A stretch of DNA of 64,000 nucleotides, taken from positions 75,146,001 to 75,210,000 of the forward strand of contig NC_045696.1 of NCBI RefSeq assembly GCF_009834535.1, read 5' to 3'. Source of the stretch: Camelus ferus. Taxonomy: Eukaryota. The notes beneath the pieces were generated by a model. The model was not told the origin of the DNA. It made no database searches and saw only the letters and a program-made list of their open reading frames with translations. The position numbers and the translations under genes were made by a program. Below, one piece after another: positions 25,900 through 40,721 of the stretch. Within the stretch, counting starts at the first letter, position 1, and each line of letters begins with the position of its first letter.

Positions 25900-28800
25900 A
25901 TTTTTATGTCGTTATATTTTATTTTTTTAATGAAAACATTTAGACAAATGCAGAAATCATGTACCCACCATCACAACCAGGATACAGAAAAGTTCCCTTG
26001 TCCTGCCAAATTCTGTCCTGCTGTACCATGTATTAAAATTCTTTAATACTCTTTAAAACATTTAAAACTATGTATTAAAGTTTTTTTGCAACATTAATTT
26101 TCAGCTTTTTAATATAAATACTAGGAGTGAAATTTCTGACTCTGAATCATATGGTAAATGTATATTTAACTTTCTGAGAAACTACCAAATTGTTTTCCCA
26201 AGTGGTTATGCCATTTTGCATTCCCACCAGCAATGTATGAGAATTCTAGTTGCTCAAAAAACCCCCCGAAATTATTCTCTTAGAAGTGTAGTTATCTTTT
26301 TGTGGTTTCAGTCTGCATTTCCATAATGTCTAATGATGCTGAGCATCTTTTCATTTGCTTTTTTGTCATTTATACCTCTTCTTTTATGAAATGTCTGTTC
26401 AAATTTTATGCCCTTTTTTTGTTTTCTTGCTGAGTTTCAAGTGTTCTTTATATATTCACAGTACATGGGAATGTGATATACAAATATTTTCTCTCAATGT
26501 GTACCTTGTATTTTCACTCTCTTAATAGTGTCTTTCACCAAGCTTTTGATGAAGACTAATTTATCAGTTTTTTTTCAATGGATCATGGTTTTGGTGTTGT
26601 ATCTGAAAACTCTTTGTACCCAAGTTCATAAAGATTTTTTCCTGTGTTTTCTTCAAAAGTGTTACAGTTTTCTGATTTACATTTTAAAGCTATGATGCAT
26701 TTCAAGTTAATTTTCGCATAAAGTGTGAAATATAGGTCAAGATTCTTTCTGGGGGGAATATTTATGCCTATTGTTCCAGCACCATTTGTTGTGAAAATTA
26801 TTCTTTCTCTGTTGAGTCTTCCTTTGCATCTTTTCAAAAATCAATTGGTAGAATTCATTGGTAAAAGCATTTGGATCTGGAGTTTCCTTTGCCAGGAGGA
26901 TTTTAATTACAAATTCAATTTCTTTAGTAGATATAGGAATATTTAGGTTATTTATTTCTTTTTTAGTAGGTTTTGGGTTATTCGAATCTTTCCAGAAACT
27001 GCTTGATTTTACTCATGTTATTGAATTTATAGCTATGGAGTTGCTTTTTAGTATTCTTTTATTTTCCTTTTAGTGTTTCTGAAGTAAATGGTAACATATC
27101 CTCTTTTATTCATGATATAAATAATTTATATCTTTGCTTTTTTAAAAAAATTGATCTGTCTGGCTAGATATTTATCAAATGTATTGATTTCTTTATAGAA
27201 CCAACTTTTATTATTGAAGTATAATCAGTTTACAATGTGTCAATTTCTGGTGTATAGCATAGTAGTTCAGCTGTGCATATACATACATATATTGGTTTTC
27301 TTTATTGGTTTTTTTTTCATTATAGGTTACTTAGAATGAAGTTTTGATTTAATTTCATTTTCTTTGTTTTCTTTTTTCACTTTCATTGGTTTCTGGTATT
27401 GTAATCATTTCTTTTTTTCTACTTGTTTGGGGTTTAGTTTTCTCTTATCTAATTTCTTAAGTGGAAGTGTACCTTATTGATTTGAGATCTTTCTCCTTTT
27501 ATAATAATAGCATTTAATACTATAAATTTCTCCTCTAAGCACTGCTTTAGCTATATCCCTCAAATTTTGATGAGTTGTATTTTAATTTAATTCAAAATAT
27601 TTTCTAATTTCTTTTGAGACTTCTTATTTGACCCAAGGATTATTCAGAAATATACTGTTTAATTTCCAAATGTTTGGGGATTTTTTTCAGACCTCTATGT
27701 TATGATATCTAGTTTAGTTCCATTATGGTAAGTAAACACATTTTGTATGATTTCCATTCTTTTAAATTTCTTAAGGTTCATGTTACAGGTAGAAAATGTC
27801 CTCTCGGTGAATGTTTCATGTGCATTTGAAGGAATATGTAATCTGCTGTTGTTGAGTGGAGTGTTTGGTAAATGTCAATTAAATCAGCCCAGTTGTATGA
27901 TGGTGTTCCGTTCTTCCATATTTTTTCCTGATTTTTCTTTCAGTTCTTTTGATTGTTGAGAGAGAAATGTTGAAGTCTCCAAATATAATGTGGATTTGTC
28001 TATTTCTTCTTTCAGTTATTAGCTTTTGTGTTGGTTATTTTCAAGGTCTTTATTTCAGGTGCATAGAAATTTAGGATTGCTGTATCTTCTTGGTATGAAT
28101 TGACTCTTTTATCATTATGTATTGATCTTCTTTATCCCTGGTAACCTTCCATGTTCTAAAATTTCATTTTTGTCTGATATTAATATAACTTTCTGGCTTT
28201 CTTGTGAGTAGTGTTCCTGTGGTAGATCTTTTCCCATCATTGTACTTTTACCCTATAGGTCTTATATTTTATCTATTTTGACAACCTATTTTAATTAGTA
28301 TATTCAGACCATTTGCTTTCAGTGTAATTATTGACAATTATGGTTGGATATAGGTCCGACAATATTTAATTTGTTTACTGTTTGTCCCCTCTATTTTTCA
28401 TTTTCCTGTTTTTCCTTTCCTGACCGCTTTTTGATTATTTGAATTCTTTTTGTTGTAGATGACATGTGTATGACATCTACATAATTTTAAACCCCACCAG
28501 ACAATGTTATCATTTTTGCTTTTAATAGTCATACTGTCATAGATATTTTAAAGAATGTAATATAAGTATGGCTTTTTCACCTAGATATTTACTACTTATG
28601 TTATTTCTTCTTTATTCCTGAAATTCCAAGTTTCATTCTGTTATAATTTCCCTGCTGCCTCAAAAACTTCTTTTAGTATTTCTTTTAGAGCAGATCAACT
28701 GCTGATGAATTCTCTTAGTTTTCCTTCACCTGATGATATCTTTTTTCCCTGTTCATCTGTGAGGGATATTTTCTCTGGTTGGTAGTTCTTTTACTGTGTA

Positions 28801-30560
28801 TAAAATGTTCCGTTGTATTTTGTCCTCCATGGTTTCTGATAAGAAATCTTTAGTCACTTGAACCATTGTTTCCCTATATTTATTGTGATATTTTACTCTT
28901 GACTTTTTCTATTTTTTTCTTGAAAAAATTGGTGTTTAGTTATTTGATTATGATGTATCTAGGATTCTTATTCTTTGAGTTTATACTGTTGAGGTTCACT
29001 GAACTTCTTGAAGTATGTAAATTTACATCTTTCACCAAATTTTGGAAAATGTAAGCCATTATTTTTTGAAATTTTTTCTTCAGAAATTCTTTCTTTTTTC
29101 TTTTTAGGATTCGAATGATCTGAATTCTAGAATTTTGAGATTATTTGACAAATTTCTGTCACTCTGTTCATTTTCCTGCAATTTTTCTTTCTGTTGTTCA
29201 GATTGGATAATTTCTATAGATCTTTATTCAGTTCCTTCACTCTTTATTTTTTTTTATTGAGTCCACCTCATTAATATTTTATTTTAGTTAATATATTCTT
29301 TAATCCCCAAATTTGCATTTATTTGTCATTGTATATAGTTTCTATTTCTTTGGTGAGCACTTCTGTCTTTCCATTCATTTGAGAGAGCTTGCTCTTCCTT
29401 CATGGAGCTTAGTTTACAATAACTACTTTAAAGTCTTTGGTAATTCCAACATCTGGTCATCACGGGATTGCCATCTGTTGACTGTCTTTTACACTGAGAG
29501 TAGTTGAGATTTTGATTAATGATGTATTGTGTCCTGGACATTTTGAATATAGTATTATGAGTATTATAGTATGAGTATTACAGTATTATGGTATTTGGGT
29601 CCTATTAAAATGCTCTGGAGAAAGTCAATAGTCAACCTGGTTCAATTTAGACAAGAAGTTCTAATCCATCTTCTGCGGGCTGTGGATCTGATGTCAATTT
29701 AGTTTTTAGAGCCTTTTTAGGGCTCCATCCCTGTGTGAGACCTGCATCAGATGAGCGAGGAGGAGACCTGAACAAGCTCTGCTTGTTTTCCAACCAGAGG
29801 CCAGTCTGTGACCTCAGCGGTGGTCTGTTCTGTAGGTTCATTCTCAAAGCCTTTGCTCTTCTGCTTTGGATCAGTTCCACACATGCGCAGCTCATGCATG
29901 AACCCAGGACATCATGCGTAGACTTAGGGGGTCCTCTCTCTTCTCTTTAGCTCCCAAACCCTCCAGTTATATGATACCCCTTTTAATAGACCTCTAGTTG
30001 CAAAGCTGGGGTTTTATCTTCTTTGCACTGTCATCTATTTCCCTCAACCAAATCTGCCTCAGTGATGAAACAGCAAGAGAAAAAGGGAAAAATCACAGGG
30101 ATTCTCCCTACATTGTTCAGAGCTCATCAACCTCATTTCCAAGTTTCTCTAGTCAAAGAGAAGATTTTCTCTCACAGTTTTAGTGCCTGCACACTGCTTC
30201 TGCCGCAGGGTGCTGCCTGTGGATTTGCTTCAAGGAAGGGCCAGGAGAGTAAGGTGTGGGGTGTATTTTCCCTATACTCTCTGTCGCGTAGGCTCCCACC
30301 TCCATCTCTTGTCCTTCAGCTAGAAAGAAGTTTCTTTTGGAGATTTTTGCTATGAAGTTCTATGATTCATGCTGTCTGTGTCTGAGTAAGGAGGTATAGG
30401 AAAGGAAAAGAAAACTATGAAACTCACTACCATATTGATCATTCCTCAAGGTTTGATTTCCCTGATCATTTCACATGCTGTTATTAACTTTTCAGTTTTC
30501 AGATAGTTGCTTTATTATTTCTTTCCAGAGTTTTTGATTTTAATTCATGGGAAAGATAAT
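25900..30560 (-). mobile_element. Old L1 (L1MC/MD-like), ~4.6 kb degraded antisense copy with internal deletions
   Basis: T-rich antisense ORF2 motifs (cattttgcattcccaccagcaatgtatgaga; gttccagcaccatttgttg; ttgaagtctccaaatataatgtggatttgtctatttc) followed by ORF1/5' region. Confidence 0.85.
27210..27331 (-). mobile_element. Short lineage-specific L1 3' tail inserted in the old L1
   Basis: ttattgaagtataatcagtttacaatgtgtcaatttctggtgtatagcatag; decayed TSD tagaaccaactttt (27196-27209) / tagaatgaagtttt (27332-27345). Confidence 0.75.
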
Positions 30561-31099
30561 AAACTTTTTCCATTTAAATCCAAACGGGAAATTTCCCCTT
30601 ATTTTTCAAAGCATTTATTTATTCTATAAACGGTGGTCACTTGTAGTTGAAATAGTTCTATTTATTATGTCCTTCAGGTATGTCATGAATTAAATAGAAT
30701 TTCAGGCTGTCTGCATAACTTATTTCCATTTTAGCATTATTTCTATGGGAAACTATATTCTAAATTCTAAATAACCATCATATGAAGATGACATTTGGAA
30801 CGCAACTAGCTTTTATCATGTCTTGCAGATGATAAAGGGGCTTGGATCCTGAGGTAGAAATTTGCTTTGTCATTAAAGTTTTCTTTATTTCTGTGTTCTG
30901 TACTCTATTGTTGGTTTTGGTTTGGTCGTGTCTTGAGGTATGCCTGCCTCTCTGATTCAGAATCTGTGTCAAGCTGTTTCCTCATGGTTTCATGGCCTTT
31001 TTGCTTGATCTGTTCCTTTGCTTCTGTCCTTCTGGGTCTTGATCTTATGCTATTACAGTCTGTTCACACCCTTCATGCTAATAATTGGAGAATATTACA

Positions 31100-31421
31100 T
31101 TGACTGAGTATTTTGTCCTCCTCCGATTTTTATGTTGGTGCAAGATAGAGTCTTTGGCAGGTAATTTGGTCATGAGGGTGGAACCATCATGAATGGGATT
31201 AGTGTCCTTATAAGACGAGAGAGGTGATCTCTCTCTTTCTTCCCTGTGAGGACTCAGCAAGAAGATGGCCATCTGCAAACTAGGAAAAGGTCTCTTACCA
31301 GAATCTGACCATACCGGCACCCTGATCTCAAACTTCCCAGTCTCCATAGCTGTGAGAAATAAATGTATATTGTTTAAGCCACCCAATCCATGGTATTTTT
31401 ATTGTAGCCTGAACTAAGACA
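31100..31421 (+). mobile_element. MLT1A-like LTR
   Basis: gtcatgagggtggaaccatcatgaatgggattagtgtccttataag...ctgtgagaaataaatgtatattgtttaagccaccc...ctgaactaagaca. Confidence 0.85.
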
Positions 31422-33020
31422 CTGACACTATTATGATTTTTCTTCCTTTTAATTGATTTATTCAGAAGCTTTTGTTTTCTATTCTAGGCATTGCTTTAGA
31501 AATTGGAGGATACCAGAATGAATGGCATATAGCCTCTGACTTTAGGAAGCTCATCCTTCAGTAGAAGACTATAAATGACTGTACTATATATAAGGATGAA
31601 AGAGTGGCTAGGGGAATTTAGAGAAAGACTTAATTAATTCTTGCTGGGGAGTTTAGAGATGACTTGATAAAGGAAGTAGCATTCGAATTGACCTGAGAGA
31701 AGAAGTAGGGTTTAAGGATGCATAGAAAGGAGGACAATCATATTTAGAGGAAACTGTATGGAGGAAAGTCAAGGAACAGGAGAAGTTCAAATTGGGATCC
31801 ATGAGTTCTGTTCATTGGCTGGCAGTTAGGGATTCAGAAGAAGTAGCATATTCCCTTTCATTAAGTACAGATGTGCCATGATATAACCATGATCCTGTTG
31901 TTCAGGAAACCTCTTCATATCCTCCTATCTCTTCCTCAGCCTCTGGCCTCCCCTAAGGCATGGTTATTGTGGAAATCAAGAAAGCAACATGCCATGAAAG
32001 ATGCCAAATAAACACTGGGGCTTCTTATTCTTCAAGGGATCTCTTCCCAGTTTCCAGGTGCAGGTGCAGGTGCAGGTGCAGGTAAAGGTCCAGGTCCTCC
32101 AACCTCTCAAAAGCATGGCTATCTTAGCTTGGGAAGTATCTGCTTCCAGGAAGCCTGGATGTGGGCCCTCTGCTCCCCAGATGGAGCAGATTCTCCCTTT
32201 TTGTTGGCTGCAGATAGATCCCAAGTGAGACTTGAGAACTGGAGGTCTCATCACCCAGCTCTGGAGACATGTCCAGAAGGAGAGTTTCCAAAGTATTCTA
32301 AGTAACTGGAAGGGTTTTGGAATAAGCAAATTGACTCCCAAGATGACAGTACTCATTTGCACTTAAATTTTCTAGTCTATTTTTGTTTTAAAGCCTCCTT
32401 ACATCATAGTCATCCAGCATATGGCTCAGAGCTGCCTGTCTAAAGTCAGCTTAAGGGGGCGAATTGTCTCAATGCCTCTTACAACCTGTTATTTATTTGA
32501 AAGTGCATTTGCAATAATGCATTAAATGGTAGCCTAGTGACTTGAAAGAGTTAATGTGCCTTCCCCTTTTGCTGAACTTCTTCTATCTTAGAGTCATTTA
32601 GGCACTTAGGGAATTTTATTCAGTGAATATGAAATAATCATGTCTGACCCAGGTGCAGCGAGTACAGGCTTTGAAAACATGTTAAGACAGGACTGTCTAC
32701 TGACCCGTGACAAGTATCAGAGAGTTAAAGAATAACTGTCTGTTTTATCGCAGCTATATCTGCTGTCATGTAATATTTAAAGTAATATCAGAACCAAGGC
32801 TGGAGGCTAGCAAGCCAAATATCAGCAGATGACTAGGGTCAAGGCAGGTTAAAATCCAACACATACAATTAACTTAAAAAAAAAGAAGAAGCAAACCAGA
32901 TCATGTCATTTGCCTGCTTAAAAGCCTTCAGTTATTTTTAGGATAAATCTTCAATTCTTTGGCATGACATCAAGATCACCCATGAACTTGTCCCAGGGTG
33001 ACTTTTTAGGCTTATTCCTT

Positions 33021-33378
33021 GTACGAATACTCATGCTAATGTGCTAGGGCTGCCATCACAACAGAAATCTACTCTCTCACAGTTCTGGGGGCCAGGAGTG
33101 CAAGAAAAAGGTGTCAGCAGGGTTAGGTTCTTCTGAGGCCTCTCTCCTTGGCTTGCAGATGGAGATGTCTTCACATAGTTTTTCCCCTTGTGTCTGTGTC
33201 CATATTTCGTCTTATAAATAAACCTGTCATATCAGATTAGGACCCACCCTGATGACTCCTTTTCAACTTAATTCTCTCTTTCAAGGCTCTGTTTCCAAAT
33301 GCAGTCACATTATGAGGTATTGGGGGTTAGAATTTCATGTACGAGTTTTTTGGGGGGGTCACAATTCAGCCCATAACA
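33021..33378 (-). mobile_element. MLT1A/B-like LTR
   Basis: tctcacagttctgggggccaggag...attaggacccaccctgatgac...cagtcacattatgaggtattgggggttag...acaattcagcccataaca. Confidence 0.85.
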
Positions 33379-33824
33379 ACACTTGTGCTCTGGTCGTGCT
33401 AACCTACTTTTACCTCTCCAAATAGGCCTTGCTTGCTTTCCCTTCTTTTCATATGTGAGTCCTTTCCATGCTTCCTTGCCTGACCAGCCCCTAGCTGGCT
33501 CAAGCATCACCTTTGTCACTGCTAGGCTGTGATCTAGAGGGTCAACACTGTCTTGCTCATTCCTGCACTGACTGAAATTTTGCTGAACAAATGTCAAACT
33601 GACAATTTTAGGGACTCAGAGAAAGAAAATGAAACAGAGACATTGTTGACACTTCCTCTGCTTTTCTTTCCTTTACACATTCCTCACTTTTAGTGACACT
33701 TGCCAATGCTTGTCCAGCCTAGGCCACCTTTTGGGTCTGAGTCTGGCTTGGGTTAAAGCTGGGTGATCAACACATCAGGGAGGATGCCATGAGGAGGCAA
33801 GGGTCCATGTGGCTATGTGAGCTA

Positions 33825-34028
33825 ATCTGCCCAAATGGTACCCACTAGCCATATATGGCTATTTCAATTTAAATAATTTAAACTAAATAAAATTAAAAAC
33901 ACATTTCCTCGGTTGTGCTAGTTACATTTCCAGTACTCAGGAGCCACATGTGGCTGGTGGCTATTGTATTGCATAGCACAGATACAGTCCATTTCCATCA
34001 TTGTAGATTGTTCTCTTGGAAAGCTCCG
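33825..34028. mobile_element. MER3/MER33 (hAT-Charlie) fragment
   Basis: cccactagccatatatggctatttcaatttaaa...agccacatgtggctggtggctattgtattgcatagcacag. Confidence 0.8.
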
Positions 34029-37000
34029 TGAGGACCCAAAGGCTAGGTTGGTCTATTTTCACTTCTCTGCCTCACCCTGACCCTTTTGTTTGGGCCTAGG
34101 ACAATCCCAGGTTTACTGAACTGACCAATTTTTTTTTTTTGTCTTTCCTGAAGCAAATAAAACCTTGACCCCAATTACTATGGTCCTTAGGTATGACTCA
34201 TAGTTGATCTTTACTTACTAGTGCCACTGGCAACAGAATAAACTCAACACAATTCTGTTTATATCTATACTCAAGGCTACAGATGTATTTAGGGGTAACT
34301 TTGAATACAGGTGAAGGTTGTCATAGTGCTCCAAGAGTCCTTTTACGTCCTGTGACTGGGCTACTCTTACAGTCACCCAGTATTATTTTCTCTTTTTTCC
34401 TGTTAAGACTAGATATTATGGGAAAATCATATATTAATCTTTTTGTTTAGTCATTTCTTTCTTAGCATGGACTTATTATATTACCTTGCCCTATAGTGTA
34501 GGATGGAATGACACAATAAATTTAGGTTAAGAAATTTGACTCTACCCTTCCAGCTCTGTGAGTCTGAGAAAGTATTCTGTCCCTTTGGAGTCTGTTTGCT
34601 GTGCTATAAAATGAGGTCAATAATGCCTGCTTCATACGGCTGTAAGAATTGATGTGGGAGGGTGTACAACACCTACTATAGAACACGCATACTAGACATT
34701 AGTTTTCTTTCATATTTTTCTCTAGCAAAGAAATTTAACTATTGACAAGTCACCAGAAGAAGCTTTTTCTGGGGTGTTGGGTGCTTTGGGAGAGAGGCAG
34801 AGGAGGTGGTGGCCAGATAGCCCTAAAAATATCCCCAGGGCCAGACCTCTATTTTGCCTGAAGTTCTGTTTAAATCTGGGAGGAGGCACAAAAGGTGTAG
34901 CATCATTTGGCCTCCTGGATTTCTCCTTCTACAGGTGGTATGTTCCTGATGTAATTCCTTTTACAGTATCCTGAGGCTCTTTGTCATGGACAGAAGCCTC
35001 ACAATGTGTAGAGAAAGTGACTTCCAGAGGTTCAGAGGAAAGGCTCAGTGTGACAGTTCATTATTTCTGATAGCCAAATTGAAAACAAGTGATGGATTCA
35101 GCCTACCAGCAGATTGCATTCACTGGGCTGATATGCACTTTTTGCCCCTGGGAGAAACCCATCAACTCCTCAGCCAGTTACCGTGTCAGCAGGCCGCCTA
35201 CATTGTGGGAACATGGGATAACAGGACAAGCTGATGATTGACTACCAGTGTTTAATGAACAGCTTTGTACTAGAGAGACAAGTTTATTTTTGAAATTATG
35301 CTTTTATTTGATTCTTATGATCAGTAATGACAAAGCAACTCTACAAGGAAGATAGTTTGTGGACTTCTGATTCTAGCATGAAGAAGCTGATTCCAAGATT
35401 TCAGCATTTAAAGGAAGTCTTTACTTTTGAGGTGAACATTCCACTTATATAAGAACAAAATTTATTTTTTGAGAGGGTCACCTTTTTTGTTGATGGTCAT
35501 CACTGACAGCAAGAAGAATGTGTACTCAGAAGTTATAGATGTAAGACAGTGCTGAAAACAGTAGCTCTTCATAGAATGACACAAAAATTTCCTTCAGCTT
35601 TCTCCTTGAATTGTACTAAATGTGACTGGTTCTACCAGGTAAATTACTTTAACTCTATTTTTCCATGATATATTTTAAATTTGAAAAACATATGTGAAAC
35701 TGTTACAATTGAGGAAGATTTATATGCCACTGGCTTACTTGTTTGCCCACTGTGTTGCAATTTACTTCATAAATCAAAACATTTTAGATTTGAGCTTTCA
35801 GACACTATGAGTAGCCATGGTGACTGGGGTGGAATTAATTCCTAAATGATTGACTGAGTCGATAGGGTGATGTGATGGTATTTTTATGGACTGCGTAGTA
35901 TTTAACTTACTTGTTTTATTCACTAAGAGAAATCGTCCTTCCTTCTACTTCTCTTCTTTCTTCCTTCTTTCCTCCCTTTCCTTCTTACCTTTCTTCCTCC
36001 CTCCATTCATTCCTTCCATTTTCCTTATAGACCAAGGAGCCTCTAGTTTTACTCCCTGCTATATAATATTAAATCCTATAAAATCGATTAAACAGAATTT
36101 ATTGAATACCTCCTCTGTTCTAGTCATGGTTCTAGGCACTAGGGATACAGTGGATGAAAAAGGTGTATAAACTTCTGTCCTCATGGAGCTTATGTTCTTA
36201 AAGTCATCTCTGTATTTGTTGGGGGTTTTCTTGAAGCATTTTAGAGTGCTTGTCATAAGCTATAAAGGATAATTTTAATTTCTCTGGTTTCAGCATTCAC
36301 TAAAAAGCCATTTCCACCTACTTAAATTCCAGATGGCCCATTACCTAAAGTTTGGGAAGCCTTAAACATCTCTATCCTTAAGTCTCTCATTTCAAATGAA
36401 ATCTATGTAGAAACTTCTATGGTTATAAATCATTTTTATTTAACTAAAATTCTTTTTGTTTTTCTTTTTTTTTTTTTTTTAACATGTTGATGGATTGTCC
36501 TGTTTCTCCATTTCTACTGGAATGTTTACGAGGCAAATGCCACCCAGATACTAATTCATCTTATTCATTTAGGTTCTGAAATTTTCATCCTCTTTCCTCT
36601 GACAAACAATAGATGGCAACATGTTCTGCATCAAGATCATAGCCATTCTGTATTTCTTATGTGTTATGTATTTTTGAGTTCTTAGGCACAAACTGTCCAA
36701 CTCTCAGACCATATGTTAACAAATTAGGTGATAGGACAGAAGTTAAGCAAAAGAAAGAGCTCTCTTGTGAGTTCCATTTTACATAAACACAACATTTATG
36801 AATGGGGCAAAGCTCAGCAAGTTTAAAACAATTTGTTTGAAGTGATTACCTTTGTCCCACCTCTTTTTCTCCAATGTATCATTTTTTAAAATCATAGTTT
36901 GCTGAACCATATCTAGCAATTCGGACTGTGAATAAATTTAGTTAAGAATACAAATGACACCAGGAGAGGGGTCAGTTCATGTATAGGACCATTTTCATTT

Positions 37001-37687
37001 TTTATACTTAATTTTTCCTTTCCCTAATAAAGTGAGACACATTATCCTTTAAGTCACATAGACTTGATTTCTGATATTTAATGATTTTCCTGAGTAAAAC
37101 TATCCTGAAGTTTGACTTTTTCCTCCATGAGACATATTCTTAGATGTGATGCAAGGAATTTGAATTTGTTGATCATATTCCCTTTCTTCTAAAGAACTAG
37201 ATTTCAAAGTGGGAAGTGTTTGGTTGTACTTGTTTCGTGGGAAGCTTGTGTCTACAGCAAAAAATGCCTTTGTTCCATTTTCCCTCATTTCCCTCCTCCC
37301 TCCCCTAACTTTCATCCCCAAATATTTAATGAATTCTTGGTACATATAAAGCACTGTTCAAGGTGCTATTCTTGGGAATGAGAATTAATAAAAATAATAT
37401 TATGATGTTCATAACAGTTAATAGATACCATTTAGTGCCTGTTTTGCTATGTTTATTCATGAACATATTTCATAAACTCTGGATGGAGTTCTAAAATCAG
37501 GAGCATAGTGTCCTGCTTATGTATTGTAAAGTTGCACAGTAAATGTTAAACTGATTTATTCTGTACATATTGTTAATGAAGAACTCCTTCCATTGTCCCC
37601 CTTTTAAATTTGAAGCTTTACTTCTGAGAGTTACTGTCAAATGGGTCCAAGGCAGTGATTTGGTCCTTGGCTTCAATAAGGGTGTTT

Positions 37688-38661
37688 TTTTTATTTTTTA
37701 AAAAATTTTTTCAACTTTTTTTTATTGAGTTATAATCAGTTTACAATGTTGTATCAATTTCTGGTGTACAGCACAATTTTTCAGTCATACATGAATATAC
37801 ATATATTCATTTTCATACTTTTTCACTGTAACTACTACAAGATCTTGTATATGTTTCCCTGTGCTACACAATATAAACTTGTTTATCTATTCTATATATA
37901 CCTGTAAGTATCTACAAATCTTGAACTCCCAGTCTGTCCCTTCCCACCCCTCTCCCCCCAGCACCACAAGTTTGTATTCTATGTCTGTGAGTCTGTTTCT
38001 GTTTTATATTTAAGTTCATTTGTCTTCTCTTTTCCTTTTAGATTCCACATGAGTGACATCATATGGTATTTTTCTTTCTCTTTCTGGCTTACTTCACTTA
38101 GAATGACATTCTCCAGGATCATCCATGTTGCTGCAAATGGCATTATGTTGTCACTTTTTATGGCCGAATAGTATTCCATTGTATAAATATACCACAACTT
38201 CTTTATCCAGTCATCTGTTGATGGATATTTAGACTGTTTCCATGTCTTGACTATTGTAAATAGTGCTGCTATGAACATTGGGGTGCAGGTGTCTTTTTGA
38301 ATTAGAGTTCCTTCTGGAATTATGCCCAGGAGTGGGATTGCTGGGTCATATGGTAAGTCTATTTTTAGTCTTTTGAGGGCTCTCCATATTGTTTTCCATG
38401 ATGGCTGCACCAAACTGCATTCCTACCAACAGTGTAGGAGGGTTCCCTTATCTTCTTACCCTCTCCAGCATTTATCATTTGTGGACTTTTGAATGATGGC
38501 CATTCTGACTGGTGTGAGGTTGTATCTCATTGTAGTTTTGATTTGCATTTCTCTGATAATTAATGATATTGAGCATTTTTTCATGTGCTTATTGGTCATT
38601 TGTATATCTTCATTGGAGAATTGCTTGTTTAGGTCTTCTGTCCATTTTTGGATTGGGTTGT
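37688..38661 (-). mobile_element. Young 5'-truncated camelid-type L1
   Basis: ORF2 C-terminal peptide ([43 protein letters not shown]); T tail; perfect 16-bp TSD ttcaataagggtgttt (37672-37687, 38662-38677). Confidence 0.95.
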
Positions 38662-39602
38662 TTCAATAAGGGTGTTTATGAAGATGCTGACCAGTTGAAT
38701 TTCATGTTACCAGAAGTCACAAAGAGGGAGAAGGGCTTAAATTAAAAGAGGAGATCTGAATTAAACAAAGTGAAGAACTTGACTCTGTGATAAAGTATGG
38801 AGTAATCCTCTTGAGGAGCTTATGGCTTATCCATTCTTGCAAAAGTTTAAACAAAATTATTAATAATTGCTCATTATGGATGCTTATTTACTTTCTAAGG
38901 AAGGAGTGATAAAGGCTTTCCCAGAGAAAAAAAAACTGAGGAGTTCATTACCACTAGACCTGCCTTATAAGAAATGCTAATGGGGGTTCTTTAAGTTGAG
39001 ATGAAAGGATGCTAAACAACAACATTATAGCATAAGAAAGTAAGAAACTTGTTCGTTAAGATAACTATATAGACAAATATAGAATACTGAATTTCTATAA
39101 TGGTATTTGGTATATCATTTAAAATTCTAGTATAAAAGTTAAAAGACTAAATATTAAAAATAACTAATTAAAATTGTGTTAAATGATACACAATAAAGAT
39201 AGATACAAATTGTGACAACAAAGCAAAGTGTAGGGGAGAAGTTAAGATATAGAATTTTTGTATGTGACTGAGCTTAAGGTGTTATCAACTTAAAATAGAC
39301 TGTTATAACTGTAAGATATTTTATGTAAGCCCCAAGGTAATGATGCATACACAGAAAAATCTTATAGAAGTTACAAAAAAGAAAAAGAGAAAGAAGTTAA
39401 ACCATATCAATACAAGCAACGAACAGAACACACAAACAAAAGTACCACAAGACTACAGGAAACAACAAAATAGCAGTAGTAAATTCTTATCTATCTATAA
39501 TTACATTAAAAGTAGATGAATTAAACTCCCCAATCAAAAGATATGAAATAGCAGAATGGATTAAAAAATAGGACCCAACCATATACTGTCTATAAGACTC
39601 AC

Positions 39603-39758
39603 TTTTTAAAAATTGAAGTATAGTTGATTTACAATGTTGTGTTAGTTTCTGGTGTATAGCATAGTGATTCAGTTATATATACATATATATATTCTTTTTC
39701 ATTATAGGTTATTACAAGCTATTGAATATATTGTGCTATACAGTAGGACCTTGTTGTT
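39603..39758 (-). mobile_element. Short lineage-specific L1 3' tail nested in the older L1
   Basis: aattgaagtatagttgatttacaatgttgtgttagtttctggtgtatagcatagtgattcag; flanks share actcac (decayed TSD). Confidence 0.8.
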
Positions 39759-40592
39759 AGAAACTCACATTATATTTAAGGACACACATAGGCTGAGTGT
39801 GAAGAGATAGTAAAAGATATCCCATGCCAATTTTAACTGAAAGAAAGCAAGAGTAGCTATACTTATATCAGAAAAAATAGACTTTAAGTCAAAAACTGTC
39901 ACCATTGTGAAGAGACAAAGAAGATCATTATATAGTGATAAAGAGGGTCAATCAACCAGGAATATATAACAATAAATATATGCACCCAACATCAGAGCAC
40001 TTTAATATATAAAACAAACATCAACAGAACTGAGAGGAGAAATAGATAATAATACAGTAATAGTAGATAGATGGAATCAGTAGTCAAAAACCTCCTTAAA
40101 AAGAAAAACCCAAACCAGATGAATTCTACCAAACATTTAAAGAATTAACACCAATAATTCTCAGATTCTTCTAAAAAAACTGAAGAGAAGGGAACATTCC
40201 CAAACTGATTTTGTGAGTCCAGCATTTTACCCCAATTCTAAAGCCAGACAAGGACACTATAAGAAAATAAAACTACAGACCAATATCCTTGATGAATATA
40301 GATGTAAAAATCCTCAATAAAATACTAGCAAGCTGAATCCAGTAGCACATTAAGTGGATAACACACCATGACCAAGTGGGGCTTATCCCTGGGTTGCAAG
40401 GATGATTCGACATTAAAAACATCAATTAATGTGATATATTAACAGAATAACACATTAACAGAATAAAGGAAAAAAGTCCATGATCATCTCAATAGATTCA
40501 GAAAAAGTGTTTGACAAAATTAAACACCTCTTTATAATTAAAAACTTTCAACAAACTAGGAACAGAAAGAAAGTAACTTAACAAAATAAGGG

Positions 40593-40721
40593 GTGGGGGA
40601 GGGTATAGCTCAGCGGTACAGCACATGTTTAGCATGCACAAGGTCCTGGGTTCAACCCCAGCACCTCCATTAAATAAATACATAAAACTAATTACCTCCC
40701 CTGAAACAAAAACAAAAACAA
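40593..40721 (+). mobile_element. tRNA-derived camelid SINE (Vic-1-like)
   Basis: A box TAGCTCAGCGG (40606-40616), B box GGTTCAACCCC (40649-40659), A-rich tail, 13-bp TSD aacaaaataaggg (40580-40592, 40722-40734). Confidence 0.85.

Noticed and set aside
37979..38413. 144-aa ORF
   Set aside because: L1 ORF2 C-terminus and 3' UTR read-through in a truncated copy.
40596..40668. tRNA gene
   Set aside because: It has a TSD, an A-rich tail and an extra 3' segment, so it is a tRNA-derived SINE.
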